Of a stretch of 61,715 bases of DNA, positions 9,868-17,875 are shown in pieces. How positions within the stretch are numbered: position 1 is the first letter of the stretch; each line of letters opens with the position of its first letter. Both the position numbers and the translations under genes were made by a program. The notes below the pieces were generated by a model that did not search any database, was not told the DNA's origin, and was given only the letters and a program-made list of their open reading frames with translations. The stretch comes from a virus (Duplodnaviria; Caudoviricetes): positions 1-61,715 of IMG/VR virus record IMGVR_UViG_3300021961_007533. One strand, given 5' to 3'.

Positions 9868-11670
9868 ATGGGAGCATTATTAGAATCAGGTCTTGTTGGT
9901 AACATTGGGTTGAAGCACCTTAAAGTTATCAAGGAAGACACAATTGAAAAGTGGAACAAATTAGGGTTCCTAGAAGGCCTTAGAGGTCATCTAAAAGAAA
10001 ACGTTGCACAGTTGTATGAGAACCAAGCGTCTCACCTAATCAACGAAGCAACATCAGAAGGGTCAAACGGAGCATTCGAAACCGTTGTATTCCCTATCGT
10101 GAGAAGAGTATTCTCTAAATTGTTGGCTAACGACATCGTATCAGTACAAGCTATGAACCTACCTATTGGTAAATTGTTCTACTTTGTACCTAAAATTCAA
10201 GGTTATAATGCAGGTGCTGCTAATCCTAACACTCACTTTGCACCTGTTGGAGCGCCTAATGGACCAACACTAGCTGACGCACAAGCGGCTTATGATGGAG
10301 TTAAAAACACATATGATAGATTCTACGAAGGAGCTGAACCAGCTCTAGAACCTGCAGGATTGTTCGATTATTCTAAAGGACAATACTCTGCTATTACATC
10401 AGACACAACTGTTGTATTTTGGCAAAATGGTGGTTTAAGACCAGATAGTAATAGCGACCAATACACAGGTACAACTAGAAAAATTATTATCCAACTTTGT
10501 GGATGGCAAAATGTACAAGGTGCTGGTAAATTAATTGGTCCTGATGGAAATGAAATTGATACTGAATCTTTCCTTTCTGATTTGACAATTACAGCAAATG
10601 ACTTTACGGCAGAAACAACACCTTGTAATGTTTCATCTGGACCTCTTTTATTTAGAGTTGTAACTCAAAAATATGGTAAAGGAATTGTTGAGTATGGTCA
10701 ACAAACTACACTTGGATTCCCAGCTAAAGGAAATGGAGGTTCATTCTACGATATTTGTGATGCAGAGGGATGTATCTACCTAGAAGTAGATCTTTCTTGT
10801 CCAGCATGTGCTGATTGCGGTGCAACAACGCTTGATGGTTACACTGGAGCAACAGTTACAGATTATGTATTTGATTCAGCGTTTACTGCTACTTGGAGAA
10901 GATACAAGAATCTTGAATTCGAAGATGAAATTGGTGAAGTATCATTTGATCTTGAGTCAGTTACTGTATCAGTTACAGAAAGAAAATTAAGAGCGCAGTG
11001 GTCTCCAGAACTTGCACAAGACGTTGCTGCATTCCACAACATTGATGCGGAAGCTGAGCTTACAGCGTTGTTGTCTGAGCAAGTTGCTGCTGAAATCGAT
11101 AGAGAAATCCTTCGTGACCTTCGTAAAGGGGCTGCTTGGAATCTACGTTGGGATTACAATGGATGGAGAAGATTGAATCTTACAACATCTTACACTCAAA
11201 AAGACTGGAACCAGACTTTGATTACTGCAATCAACCAGTTGTCTGCTCAAATCCACAAGTCTACACTTCGTGGTGGTGCTAACTGGATCGTAGTTTCTTC
11301 TGAGGTTTCTGCAATTTTTGATGATCTAGAATACTTCCACGTATCTAACGCTTCACCTGAGCAAGATCAGTATAATATGGGTATTGAAAGAGTTGGTACT
11401 CTTGCAGGACGTTACCAAGTTTATCGTGATCCTTACTTCCCACCAAACCAAGTGTTGATTGGACATAAAGGAACATCATTGTTAGACACAGGTTACATCT
11501 ACGCACCGTATGTACCTCTACAATTAACACCTACAATGTACAATCCATTCAACTTCACGCCTATCAAAGGTATTATGACTAGATACGCGAAGAAGATGGT
11601 AAATAACCGTTTCTATGGACGTATTACTGTAGATGGAGTTCGTACATTTGATTTACAAGAATTGAGATAA
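9868..11670 (+). CDS. Major capsid protein (T4 gp23-like) with a Cys-containing insertion
   Basis: gp23 motifs PIVRRVF, VSVQAMNLP, RKLRAQWSPELAQD, DAEAEL, EIDREI, YAPYVPL, P-GIMTRY. Confidence 0.96.
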   Translation: MGALLESGLVGNIGLKHLKVIKEDTIEKWNKLGFLEGLRGHLKENVAQLYENQASHLINEATSEGSNGAFETVVFPIVRRVFSKLLANDIVSVQAMNLPIGKLFYFVPKIQGYNAGAANPNTHFAPVGAPNGPTLADAQAAYDGVKNTYDRFYEGAEPALEPAGLFDYSKGQYSAITSDTTVVFWQNGGLRPDSNSDQYTGTTRKIIIQLCGWQNVQGAGKLIGPDGNEIDTESFLSDLTITANDFTAETTPCNVSSGPLLFRVVTQKYGKGIVEYGQQTTLGFPAKGNGGSFYDICDAEGCIYLEVDLSCPACADCGATTLDGYTGATVTDYVFDSAFTATWRRYKNLEFEDEIGEVSFDLESVTVSVTERKLRAQWSPELAQDVAAFHNIDAEAELTALLSEQVAAEIDREILRDLRKGAAWNLRWDYNGWRRLNLTTSYTQKDWNQTLITAINQLSAQIHKSTLRGGANWIVVSSEVSAIFDDLEYFHVSNASPEQDQYNMGIERVGTLAGRYQVYRDPYFPPNQVLIGHKGTSLLDTGYIYAPYVPLQLTPTMYNPFNFTPIKGIMTRYAKKMVNNRFYGRITVDGVRTFDLQELR

Positions 11671-11692
11671 TCAAATCTTAAAATAGAATAAG

Positions 11693-11720
11693 AAAAGGTC
11701 AGAGAAATCTGACCTTTTTT
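11693..11720 (+). terminator. Rho-independent terminator after MCP
   Basis: AAAAGGTCAGA-GAAA-TCTGACCTTTT perfect stem, GNRA loop, T tail. Confidence 0.9.
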
Positions 11721-11815
11721 ATTTGGTTAATTTAACAATTGGTTTTTTGTTCATATTTATAATATATACACAATCATTTTAATCCAATATATATTTTAAT
11801 TATGAAAAATTATAG

Positions 11816-12289
11816 ATGATAAGTCGATTTGACATATTTGAACGTTTATTTACAACTATTTTAGCTGTAGTATTACCATTTATAATTTATTTTACGTATC
11901 CAGAATTAAAAACAATTTCACAAAGCTGGATAACCCCATTACAACCAATGTTTATAATCACAAACGCACTTGTTAGCTTTTTCTTTTTTAAATTACCAAA
12001 GTGGAGAATTCCAGCGTTACTATTGTTGTTATTAACAGCATTTCCGGTTTGTGATTATTTTGTATTACATAATATTTTTGCGATATTATTTTTTATATTT
12101 TCTGGAATATCACTTCTTTCATTAAAAAAATTTAGATTTTATATATTAATATATATAATGTCTTTATTTTTTATAACTAGTGGACTTTTTTGGGTTGAGA
12201 CCTGGGCAATTATTACTTTATGTTTATATCATATGCACATTATGGTATACACATTACTCATTTCTAGAAATAGACCTAATCGCCTTTGA
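11816..12289 (+). CDS. Multi-pass membrane protein (157 aa)
   Basis: About 5-6 hydrophobic segments. Confidence 0.65.
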   Translation: MISRFDIFERLFTTILAVVLPFIIYFTYPELKTISQSWITPLQPMFIITNALVSFFFFKLPKWRIPALLLLLLTAFPVCDYFVLHNIFAILFFIFSGISLLSLKKFRFYILIYIMSLFFITSGLFWVETWAIITLCLYHMHIMVYTLLISRNRPNRL

Positions 12290-12469
12290 GACTACCTCAA
12301 CTTCACCAATTGTAAATGCACCTCTTTTATGTGCCGCCTTTAGTGCCTCAACAATAAAGTAAGTTGCAGAATCTTTATCCATTGTGGTCAAAATTACATC
12401 CAAGTGATTTTCTGATAGTAAATCTATTGTTCCAAATAGATTGCCATATAGTTCTTTTTTTTCTTCCAT
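12254..12469 (-). CDS. Hypothetical protein (71 aa, MEEKKELYGNLF...)
   Basis: Start re-called to the ATG at 12469 to avoid overlap with the divergent gene. Confidence 0.55.
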   Translation of the reverse strand: MEEKKELYGNLFGTIDLLSENHLDVILTTMDKDSATYFIVEALKAAHKRGAFTIGEVEVVSKAIRSISRNE

Positions 12470-12485
12470 AATATATTTATATAAT

Positions 12486-13151
12486 ATGAATATTAGAAAT
12501 ATTGTAAAGAAAATATTACGTGAGGCCACATCGGACAGTGGTGGTAGAGGATCATATGTTGGCCCATTACAATATGGGATTAGAAGATTTAAAGATTCAC
12601 AAAATGGACCATTTACAATTAAAGTATCCAAATATGATTCACCTGAACTAGCGCATGATAGTTATGATGGTAAAATGGACACACCAAAAAGTAAGATAAA
12701 AAAAATTGAGAGTGAGGCAAAGAAGATAACAAAGTATATTACAGATCATCCAGATTTATTTACTAGTGATGAAGAAGGGAACGTTATAAATCAATTACCT
12801 GGTAAAAATTTAAAGATAGTTCCAATAGATGAGTGGGTTGAGATTACCCAAGATATTATTGCTGAAGATTTAGCAGTTTGGTTTGGTAAAAAGAAAAAAC
12901 CAAAAGGGTCTAAACAGCCAAAGGGTCCTTGGGTTGATATATGTAGAAAAGTAGATGGTAAACATCCTCCTTGTGGAAGAAAAGACGCGGATAAAGGTTC
13001 TTATCCTAAATGTAGAGCGGCTGGTGTTGCGGGTAAAATGACTGATGACGAAAAAAGAAACGCCTGTAGACAAAAAAGAGCTGTGGAAAGAAAAGATACA
13101 CAAACAGGAAAAGGGCAAAAACCTAATTGGGTTTCTTATAAAAAGAAATAA
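12486..13151 (+). CDS. Hypothetical protein with IVKKILRE leader and basic Cys/Trp-containing C-terminal domain
   Basis: Start re-called to 12486 (MNIRNIVKK); late motif at 12474-12481; C-terminal WVDIC...CGR...YPKCR. Confidence 0.7.
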   Translation: MNIRNIVKKILREATSDSGGRGSYVGPLQYGIRRFKDSQNGPFTIKVSKYDSPELAHDSYDGKMDTPKSKIKKIESEAKKITKYITDHPDLFTSDEEGNVINQLPGKNLKIVPIDEWVEITQDIIAEDLAVWFGKKKKPKGSKQPKGPWVDICRKVDGKHPPCGRKDADKGSYPKCRAAGVAGKMTDDEKRNACRQKRAVERKDTQTGKGQKPNWVSYKKK

Positions 13152-13268
13152 TTAATAGTATTTCTGATTTTTGTGTTTTTCCTTACGGGTATACTTCTTT
13201 CTATTACGATAAACATTTGGTCTCGTAGCCATTCTAATTTCTTCGTATGTAATTTCAATTGTTTTCAT
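13152..13268 (-). CDS. 38-aa basic peptide, ArfA (alternative ribosome rescue factor)-like
   Basis: Manual translation MKTIEITYEEIRMATRPNVYRNRKKYTRKEKHKNQKYY; starts 1 nt after the upstream stop; RxxVxxNxK...YxRKxKH pattern. Confidence 0.5.
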   Translation of the reverse strand: MKTIEITYEEIRMATRPNVYRNRKKYTRKEKHKNQKYY

Positions 13269-13269
13269 A

Positions 13270-13563
13270 TTAGTGTAGTCTAATAATATGTTGAATAATT
13301 CTATCGATATCCTCTTCCGTTTGGTAACCTAGTACATCACCAGTTAACTTTGTGTCATAACATATGTCCCATCCATTTTCATCACTCTTTAGAATCGCAA
13401 CTTCCCACTCATCATCATTTGATGTGTATGAAGAATATCGATTACTGCCAGGTATTTTAAATCTAACAATAGATAATCCATATCCACCAGGAAAAAAGAT
13501 TCTACCAAGTAATCCATCACCTACTGGGTGCGGCTTAAGTTCAATGTCTTTAAATGTTACCAT
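13270..13563 (-). CDS. Phage hypothetical protein (97 aa)
   Basis: ORF with GYGxSIV...EVAIL...YDTxLTxDVLGY pattern that I recognise from phage proteins; host-type promoter upstream. Confidence 0.7.
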   Translation of the reverse strand: MVTFKDIELKPHPVGDGLLGRIFFPGGYGLSIVRFKIPGSNRYSSYTSNDDEWEVAILKSDENGWDICYDTKLTGDVLGYQTEEDIDRIIQHIIRLH

Positions 13564-13567
13564 AACA

Positions 13568-13598
13568 CAAATATAAAAATATTATTTTAATTTACAAA
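13568..13598 (-). promoter_or_regulatory. Bacteroidota -33/-7 promoter (TTTG-N19-TATATTTG), near-leaderless transcript
   Basis: Exact match to TTTG-N19-21-TAnnTTTG; ATG lies 4 nt downstream. Confidence 0.7.
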
Positions 13599-13611
13599 AA
13601 TTTTTTAAATA

Positions 13612-13639
13612 AAAATCCCACCTAAAAAGATGGGATTTT
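13612..13639 (-). terminator. Intrinsic terminator (possibly bidirectional)
   Basis: AAAATCCCA...TGGGATTTT stem downstream of the 13661 stop. Confidence 0.7.
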
Positions 13640-13660
13640 AAAATTAATTATATTAACCAA

Positions 13661-14056
13661 TTAATTTTCTATATCTTCCTCCCAGTCATCACTCTCAATC
13701 TCACTCCATTGTTTATCATACTCAGGATTTTGAACCATCGTATCGGCATCTTTAGCTTCATGCTCCAAATCTTTTATATAATCTAACAATAATTTAATTA
13801 CTTGTCTAATTCTTTCTTGTCTTTGTCTTGGACTAACTTTTTTACCTAGTTGATGTTCTCTTGAAAGATACCCAAATTCTCCTGGTTCACTAAATAGATT
13901 TCCTTCATCATGTCTAAAAAAAATATCATCTAATTTACCTCGTAAGTTTAAATCCTCATCTTCCTTTTTGTTGGATTTAAAGTCGTCACCTTCATTTATA
14001 ATTTTTCTAACAATTCTAGTTAAATCAAATTCAGTTAATCTTATAATTTTTTTCAT
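13661..14056 (-). CDS. Hypothetical protein with MKKIIRLTEFDL...IINE leader (putative internal head protein)
   Basis: Start re-called to 14056; late motif at 14069-14076 on the minus strand. Confidence 0.65.
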   Translation of the reverse strand: MKKIIRLTEFDLTRIVRKIINEGDDFKSNKKEDEDLNLRGKLDDIFFRHDEGNLFSEPGEFGYLSREHQLGKKVSPRQRQERIRQVIKLLLDYIKDLEHEAKDADTMVQNPEYDKQWSEIESDDWEEDIEN

Positions 14057-14094
14057 ATTAGTTTTTATTATAAATATCAATTTTTAAATAAAAA

Positions 14095-14322
14095 CTAAAT
14101 AATATTTTTATACAACTTTATTGTATTAGGATTTACAGGCCAAATAGGACAACCACTAAGTGTTACTTGAAATTTTTTATGCAGTAACTCGTTTACCCCA
14201 GCGAATTGTAGGATACCAACACGCTTATTACCATCTTTATCGATACATTGTACACGTTTACCAATTAGTGGTTTAAATTGATCTTGAGTTCTATTATATA
14301 GGTTATCATTTATACTATTCAT
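14095..14322 (-). CDS. Hypothetical protein (75 aa)
   Basis: ORF coupled to the upstream gene. Confidence 0.6.
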   Translation of the reverse strand: MNSINDNLYNRTQDQFKPLIGKRVQCIDKDGNKRVGILQFAGVNELLHKKFQVTLSGCPIWPVNPNTIKLYKNII

Positions 14323-14324
14323 TA

Positions 14325-14822
14325 CTACTTAATTTGAAAAGCACATAGTACTCTAGTTCTTAATTTTTTAGCATCATCCCAATTACCAATAACAACCCCA
14401 TCTTTAATACTAAATGCGTGTCCACTAACAAGTATAAAAAATGTTCCTTCTGGATTGTTTTTAACAAATCGACCAACAGTCATTTTTCTTTTTTTAATAA
14501 CACCTTTAACTTTCACATCATAGTCTAAAGATCTAGACATAAAATTATTAGATCTAACACCCATAGTATGAATAGTTTTATTATTAATAGTCATTTTTTT
14601 GTCAGCCATCTGAACTAATTTATATGAAACTAGATACGTCCCCTTTCTTGGTTGTCTATTAAAGAATTTAGCAACAAAACTATGAGCCTCATCATATGGA
14701 ATCTCAAATGAAGACGCAAAGGTTCTTACAACACAATCGTTTGTTTCTCCTTTTGCTATTTTAGAATCAACATATCCTTTGATTGCTTTTGATGTTTGCT
14801 CGTATGGTAATCTATTTTTCAT
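14325..14822 (-). CDS. Hypothetical protein, possible Cys-His peptidase-like fold
   Basis: NDCVVR...GHAFSIKDG...NWD motifs; TAAATTTG -7 element at 14827-14834 just upstream. Confidence 0.55.
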   Translation of the reverse strand: MKNRLPYEQTSKAIKGYVDSKIAKGETNDCVVRTFASSFEIPYDEAHSFVAKFFNRQPRKGTYLVSYKLVQMADKKMTINNKTIHTMGVRSNNFMSRSLDYDVKVKGVIKKRKMTVGRFVKNNPEGTFFILVSGHAFSIKDGVVIGNWDDAKKLRTRVLCAFQIK

Positions 14823-14869
14823 ATAACAAATTTACAAAAACTTTTTTGATTATAAAAATATTTATTAAT

Positions 14870-15238
14870 ATGAATTACACAAAAAAAAGACATATTGAAG
14901 AGTCAAATCGTATTTTAGAAAATAGATTTTTATTAAATGAGGTTATGCAGGCACCCGAAGAAGAATTTTTAAATACGGCAATGGAGATTTTATGCTATCA
15001 ATTTAACGAATTTTGTGATTTAAAAGAAAACCCAGAAATACATAATATATTTCCAAAAAAAGAAATTAGAGATCAAGTAGCCGAAGCTTTAAATAAATTA
15101 GATAGTTATTGTGATAGTGGAAAAATTAATCGCACCAATCATACAAAATTTTCTTGTGTAGATGTCAAAGACTATATTGTAGGAGAAAAATCTTCGTATA
15201 TACAAGGGTTTATGGATATTTTTGGTAAAAGTGTGTAA
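14870..15238 (+). CDS. Hypothetical protein (122 aa, MNYTKKRHIEESNRILE...)
   Basis: Start re-called to 14870; TATTTATT at 14859-14866. Confidence 0.6.
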   Translation: MNYTKKRHIEESNRILENRFLLNEVMQAPEEEFLNTAMEILCYQFNEFCDLKENPEIHNIFPKKEIRDQVAEALNKLDSYCDSGKINRTNHTKFSCVDVKDYIVGEKSSYIQGFMDIFGKSV

Positions 15239-15676
15239 CTATTTTTTATCTAATTTAGATTTTGTTATTTTATCTAATACTTTATGTAAAGAATTTTCAA
15301 TTTGTGAATTAATTGTGTTTTCATAATTTGTAATTCTTTTATCAGTTTCTTTATCAAAAATAAAAATAAGTCTATCCCAATCTCTATTACTTAATTTTAC
15401 ACTATAATGATAAACGTGATTTGTTAAATCGACTCTATTGTTTGAAATTGTAATGAATAGGTGTAGTGTGTCGTTTTTAATGTACCTTTTATTTGAAACC
15501 GGCGCAATCATAAATTCACTATCCTTACGACCAATTATTTTAGTACAGATTAGGAAAAAAGTTTTTTCATACGACTCAACATCATCACTATAGGTTTTAA
15601 TGAATGTTTTTTTTGTAAGCCAAATATATGTCTTTAACTTTAACCTTTTAAAAAATCTAAAAATTTTTTTCTTCAT
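15239..15676 (-). CDS. Hypothetical protein (145 aa)
   Basis: ORF; near-consensus TATACTTG element upstream at 15695-15702. Confidence 0.6.
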   Translation of the reverse strand: MKKKIFRFFKRLKLKTYIWLTKKTFIKTYSDDVESYEKTFFLICTKIIGRKDSEFMIAPVSNKRYIKNDTLHLFITISNNRVDLTNHVYHYSVKLSNRDWDRLIFIFDKETDKRITNYENTINSQIENSLHKVLDKITKSKLDKK

Positions 15677-15741
15677 ATTTTATGTTTTATAGCACAAGTA
15701 TACAAAAAAATATAATTATAAAAAAATTTTAAAAAATATTA

Positions 15742-16203
15742 TTAACAATAAGGCGATGAACATCTTTTTTTACCATCTAATCCTGGTTTCTTACCCTGAC
15801 ATACTTGTACTGCGTACCCATTAGCATATGCGGAGGGGTAAACTTCGAATTTAGCTTTTGCTGCAGACTTTCCTCTAGCACATAATTTTGTTCCGGACTT
15901 TTTTCTTCCTTCCATAACCATATCCTCATCGTCTATATTCATAGATGACTCCATTCCATCTTTTTTTGATTCATTCATTATAAAATCAAAAACTTGATCC
16001 ATATTATTTTTGGCTTCAGCAATATGGTCTTGAGCCCAGTCATGACCACTTTCTAAAATCCCCTCAACCATTTCTGGGTCCAAGTCTAACAACAAATCAC
16101 ATTGTCTTCTCATTTGTTGTAGGTTTTGAAAAAACATATATCTACCTGAGCGATATTCGTTTTCTTCTCTTAAAACTTTTTTAATAATTCTATTTAAATT
16201 CAT
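15742..16203 (-). CDS. Hypothetical protein with IIKKVLRE leader and basic C-terminal YPSAYANG domain
   Basis: ORF at the end of the leftward structural operon. Confidence 0.7.
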   Translation of the reverse strand: MNLNRIIKKVLREENEYRSGRYMFFQNLQQMRRQCDLLLDLDPEMVEGILESGHDWAQDHIAEAKNNMDQVFDFIMNESKKDGMESSMNIDDEDMVMEGRKKSGTKLCARGKSAAKAKFEVYPSAYANGYAVQVCQGKKPGLDGKKRCSSPYC

Positions 16204-16208
16204 TTTAC

Positions 16209-16385
16209 CTAAGAGTTTAATCCATTACGACCGCCAAGAGCAATCATATTTAATTGTGTAACAGTACCCCCAGTTAAATCGCTATATACTGGATGTGGAG
16301 GGACAATTTGTACAACTGTATTAAGTGGGTCACCACAAATTTCTTGACAAATTATTGTTTCTGTATTTGCACTTGTTTCTGCCAT
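16209..16385 (-). CDS. Small hypothetical protein (58 aa, MAETSANTETIICQEICG...GGRNGLNS), not in ORF track
   Basis: Manual translation; fills the gap between two co-oriented genes. Confidence 0.6.
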   Translation of the reverse strand: MAETSANTETIICQEICGDPLNTVVQIVPPHPVYSDLTGGTVTQLNMIALGGRNGLNS

Positions 16386-16396
16386 ATCTTATTTTT

Positions 16397-17854
16397 TTAT
16401 TTTTTATTAACTATTTGGAACTTTATCGTTCTTTTATAAGTATTTACTTCACCCGATGAAATTACTTTTAAATCAATATAATATTCATTTGGTATCTTAT
16501 CTCTAGTGTCAAACATTAAGTAGTATTCATTTGGACTTCTATTTAGTTTTGTCCAGTCTTGTACTTGAACCTCCGTTTGTCCTTCCCTAACATATACTCT
16601 ATATTCCGCAACAACATTAGGTAACATTTTATTTGTTGTGTAAGCTTGTTTGATGATAACACCAACTTTTCTAACATCAGTATTTAATATTTTTTCGTCT
16701 TGTTTAATACCAAAAAAATCAAATCCATAAATTGCTGGATCATTTGTTGTTGTACCAAATTGTAATGAATGTTTAATAGGATATATTACAAACTCGTTAT
16801 TTATATCTGGTAGTGAGAAATTATTTAGTTTAATATTTGACCAGTTATCTGTGAATATACATGGCGTACTATAACCTAATAGTGGGGGTATTACAACTTC
16901 ATAAACCCCCATTGTTTTTAAACAACTAGGCATATTTATTAAACCATCAATTACGTTACCATTTTGGTCTAGTATTGTTACTAATGGATTTTCATCTAGA
17001 TTTATAAAGTCACCATTTTCATATGTGTATAGATATAACTTATTTGATTTCCCTAACGCAAAGTTATTTCTATTATCTTCAATAATATCATCATATGTTG
17101 TCTCTAATCTTGGTTCATAAAAAGTTTGTGTGTGCCTAGAAAAGAACCCAACGTAGCTTGAGTCTGTATTACCACTTAAATTTTCTAATTGTGGTAGAAA
17201 TGAAATTCCCCAACCAACAGGGTTTTCAAATGATCCATTAATAATCTCATTAATCTCGCTTGTCATATCAAACTCAATATCCTCATTTCCAAATTCAAAG
17301 TGCTGGACATCGACAATTGTTAAATCTAAAAAATTAAAAGTACCACTATTTGTGTTACTATATATTCCAGGTTGCTCCCAATCGTATATTGTTTGTCTTT
17401 GTGTCCAGTTAGAAGGTCTATCAGAGTAGTTTTTATCACCAGGTAAAGAAGCTATATTTGTAAAATCATAACCAACACCCTCATCCCATTCTTGGGGTTT
17501 TGTCGGGTCAAAATCTTCATATGGTATTCTCCATAAAATTAAATCAAAAGATGTTGCCCTTAGCTTATTCTCAGATGTTTTACTATTTAAGAAGTCCCTA
17601 TCAAATAGACCAGTATTTGTTAGTTTTAATATATGTCTAATATTTGTTGTACACTCTGATGATATTGTACCATTATTATATTTTTCAATTAAACCATTCA
17701 AGTCGAGATCAAAAATTAGTCTTGAGAATCCCGTTGGGTAAGCCATATTACCATCACCATAAAAAAGTTCAATTATTGGGTTTCTACCAACGTTAACTAA
17801 TTCACCATTAACTATAGTGTTATTTTTACTAAAATAAGAATTATGAATTGACAT
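16397..17854 (-). CDS. Putative virion structural / baseplate-associated protein (485 aa)
   Basis: Late motif at 17868-17875 (-); adjacent to gp5-like gene. Confidence 0.55.
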   Translation of the reverse strand: MSIHNSYFSKNNTIVNGELVNVGRNPIIELFYGDGNMAYPTGFSRLIFDLDLNGLIEKYNNGTISSECTTNIRHILKLTNTGLFDRDFLNSKTSENKLRATSFDLILWRIPYEDFDPTKPQEWDEGVGYDFTNIASLPGDKNYSDRPSNWTQRQTIYDWEQPGIYSNTNSGTFNFLDLTIVDVQHFEFGNEDIEFDMTSEINEIINGSFENPVGWGISFLPQLENLSGNTDSSYVGFFSRHTQTFYEPRLETTYDDIIEDNRNNFALGKSNKLYLYTYENGDFINLDENPLVTILDQNGNVIDGLINMPSCLKTMGVYEVVIPPLLGYSTPCIFTDNWSNIKLNNFSLPDINNEFVIYPIKHSLQFGTTTNDPAIYGFDFFGIKQDEKILNTDVRKVGVIIKQAYTTNKMLPNVVAEYRVYVREGQTEVQVQDWTKLNRSPNEYYLMFDTRDKIPNEYYIDLKVISSGEVNTYKRTIKFQIVNKK

Positions 17855-17875
17855 TTGTCTTTTTTATAATAAATA

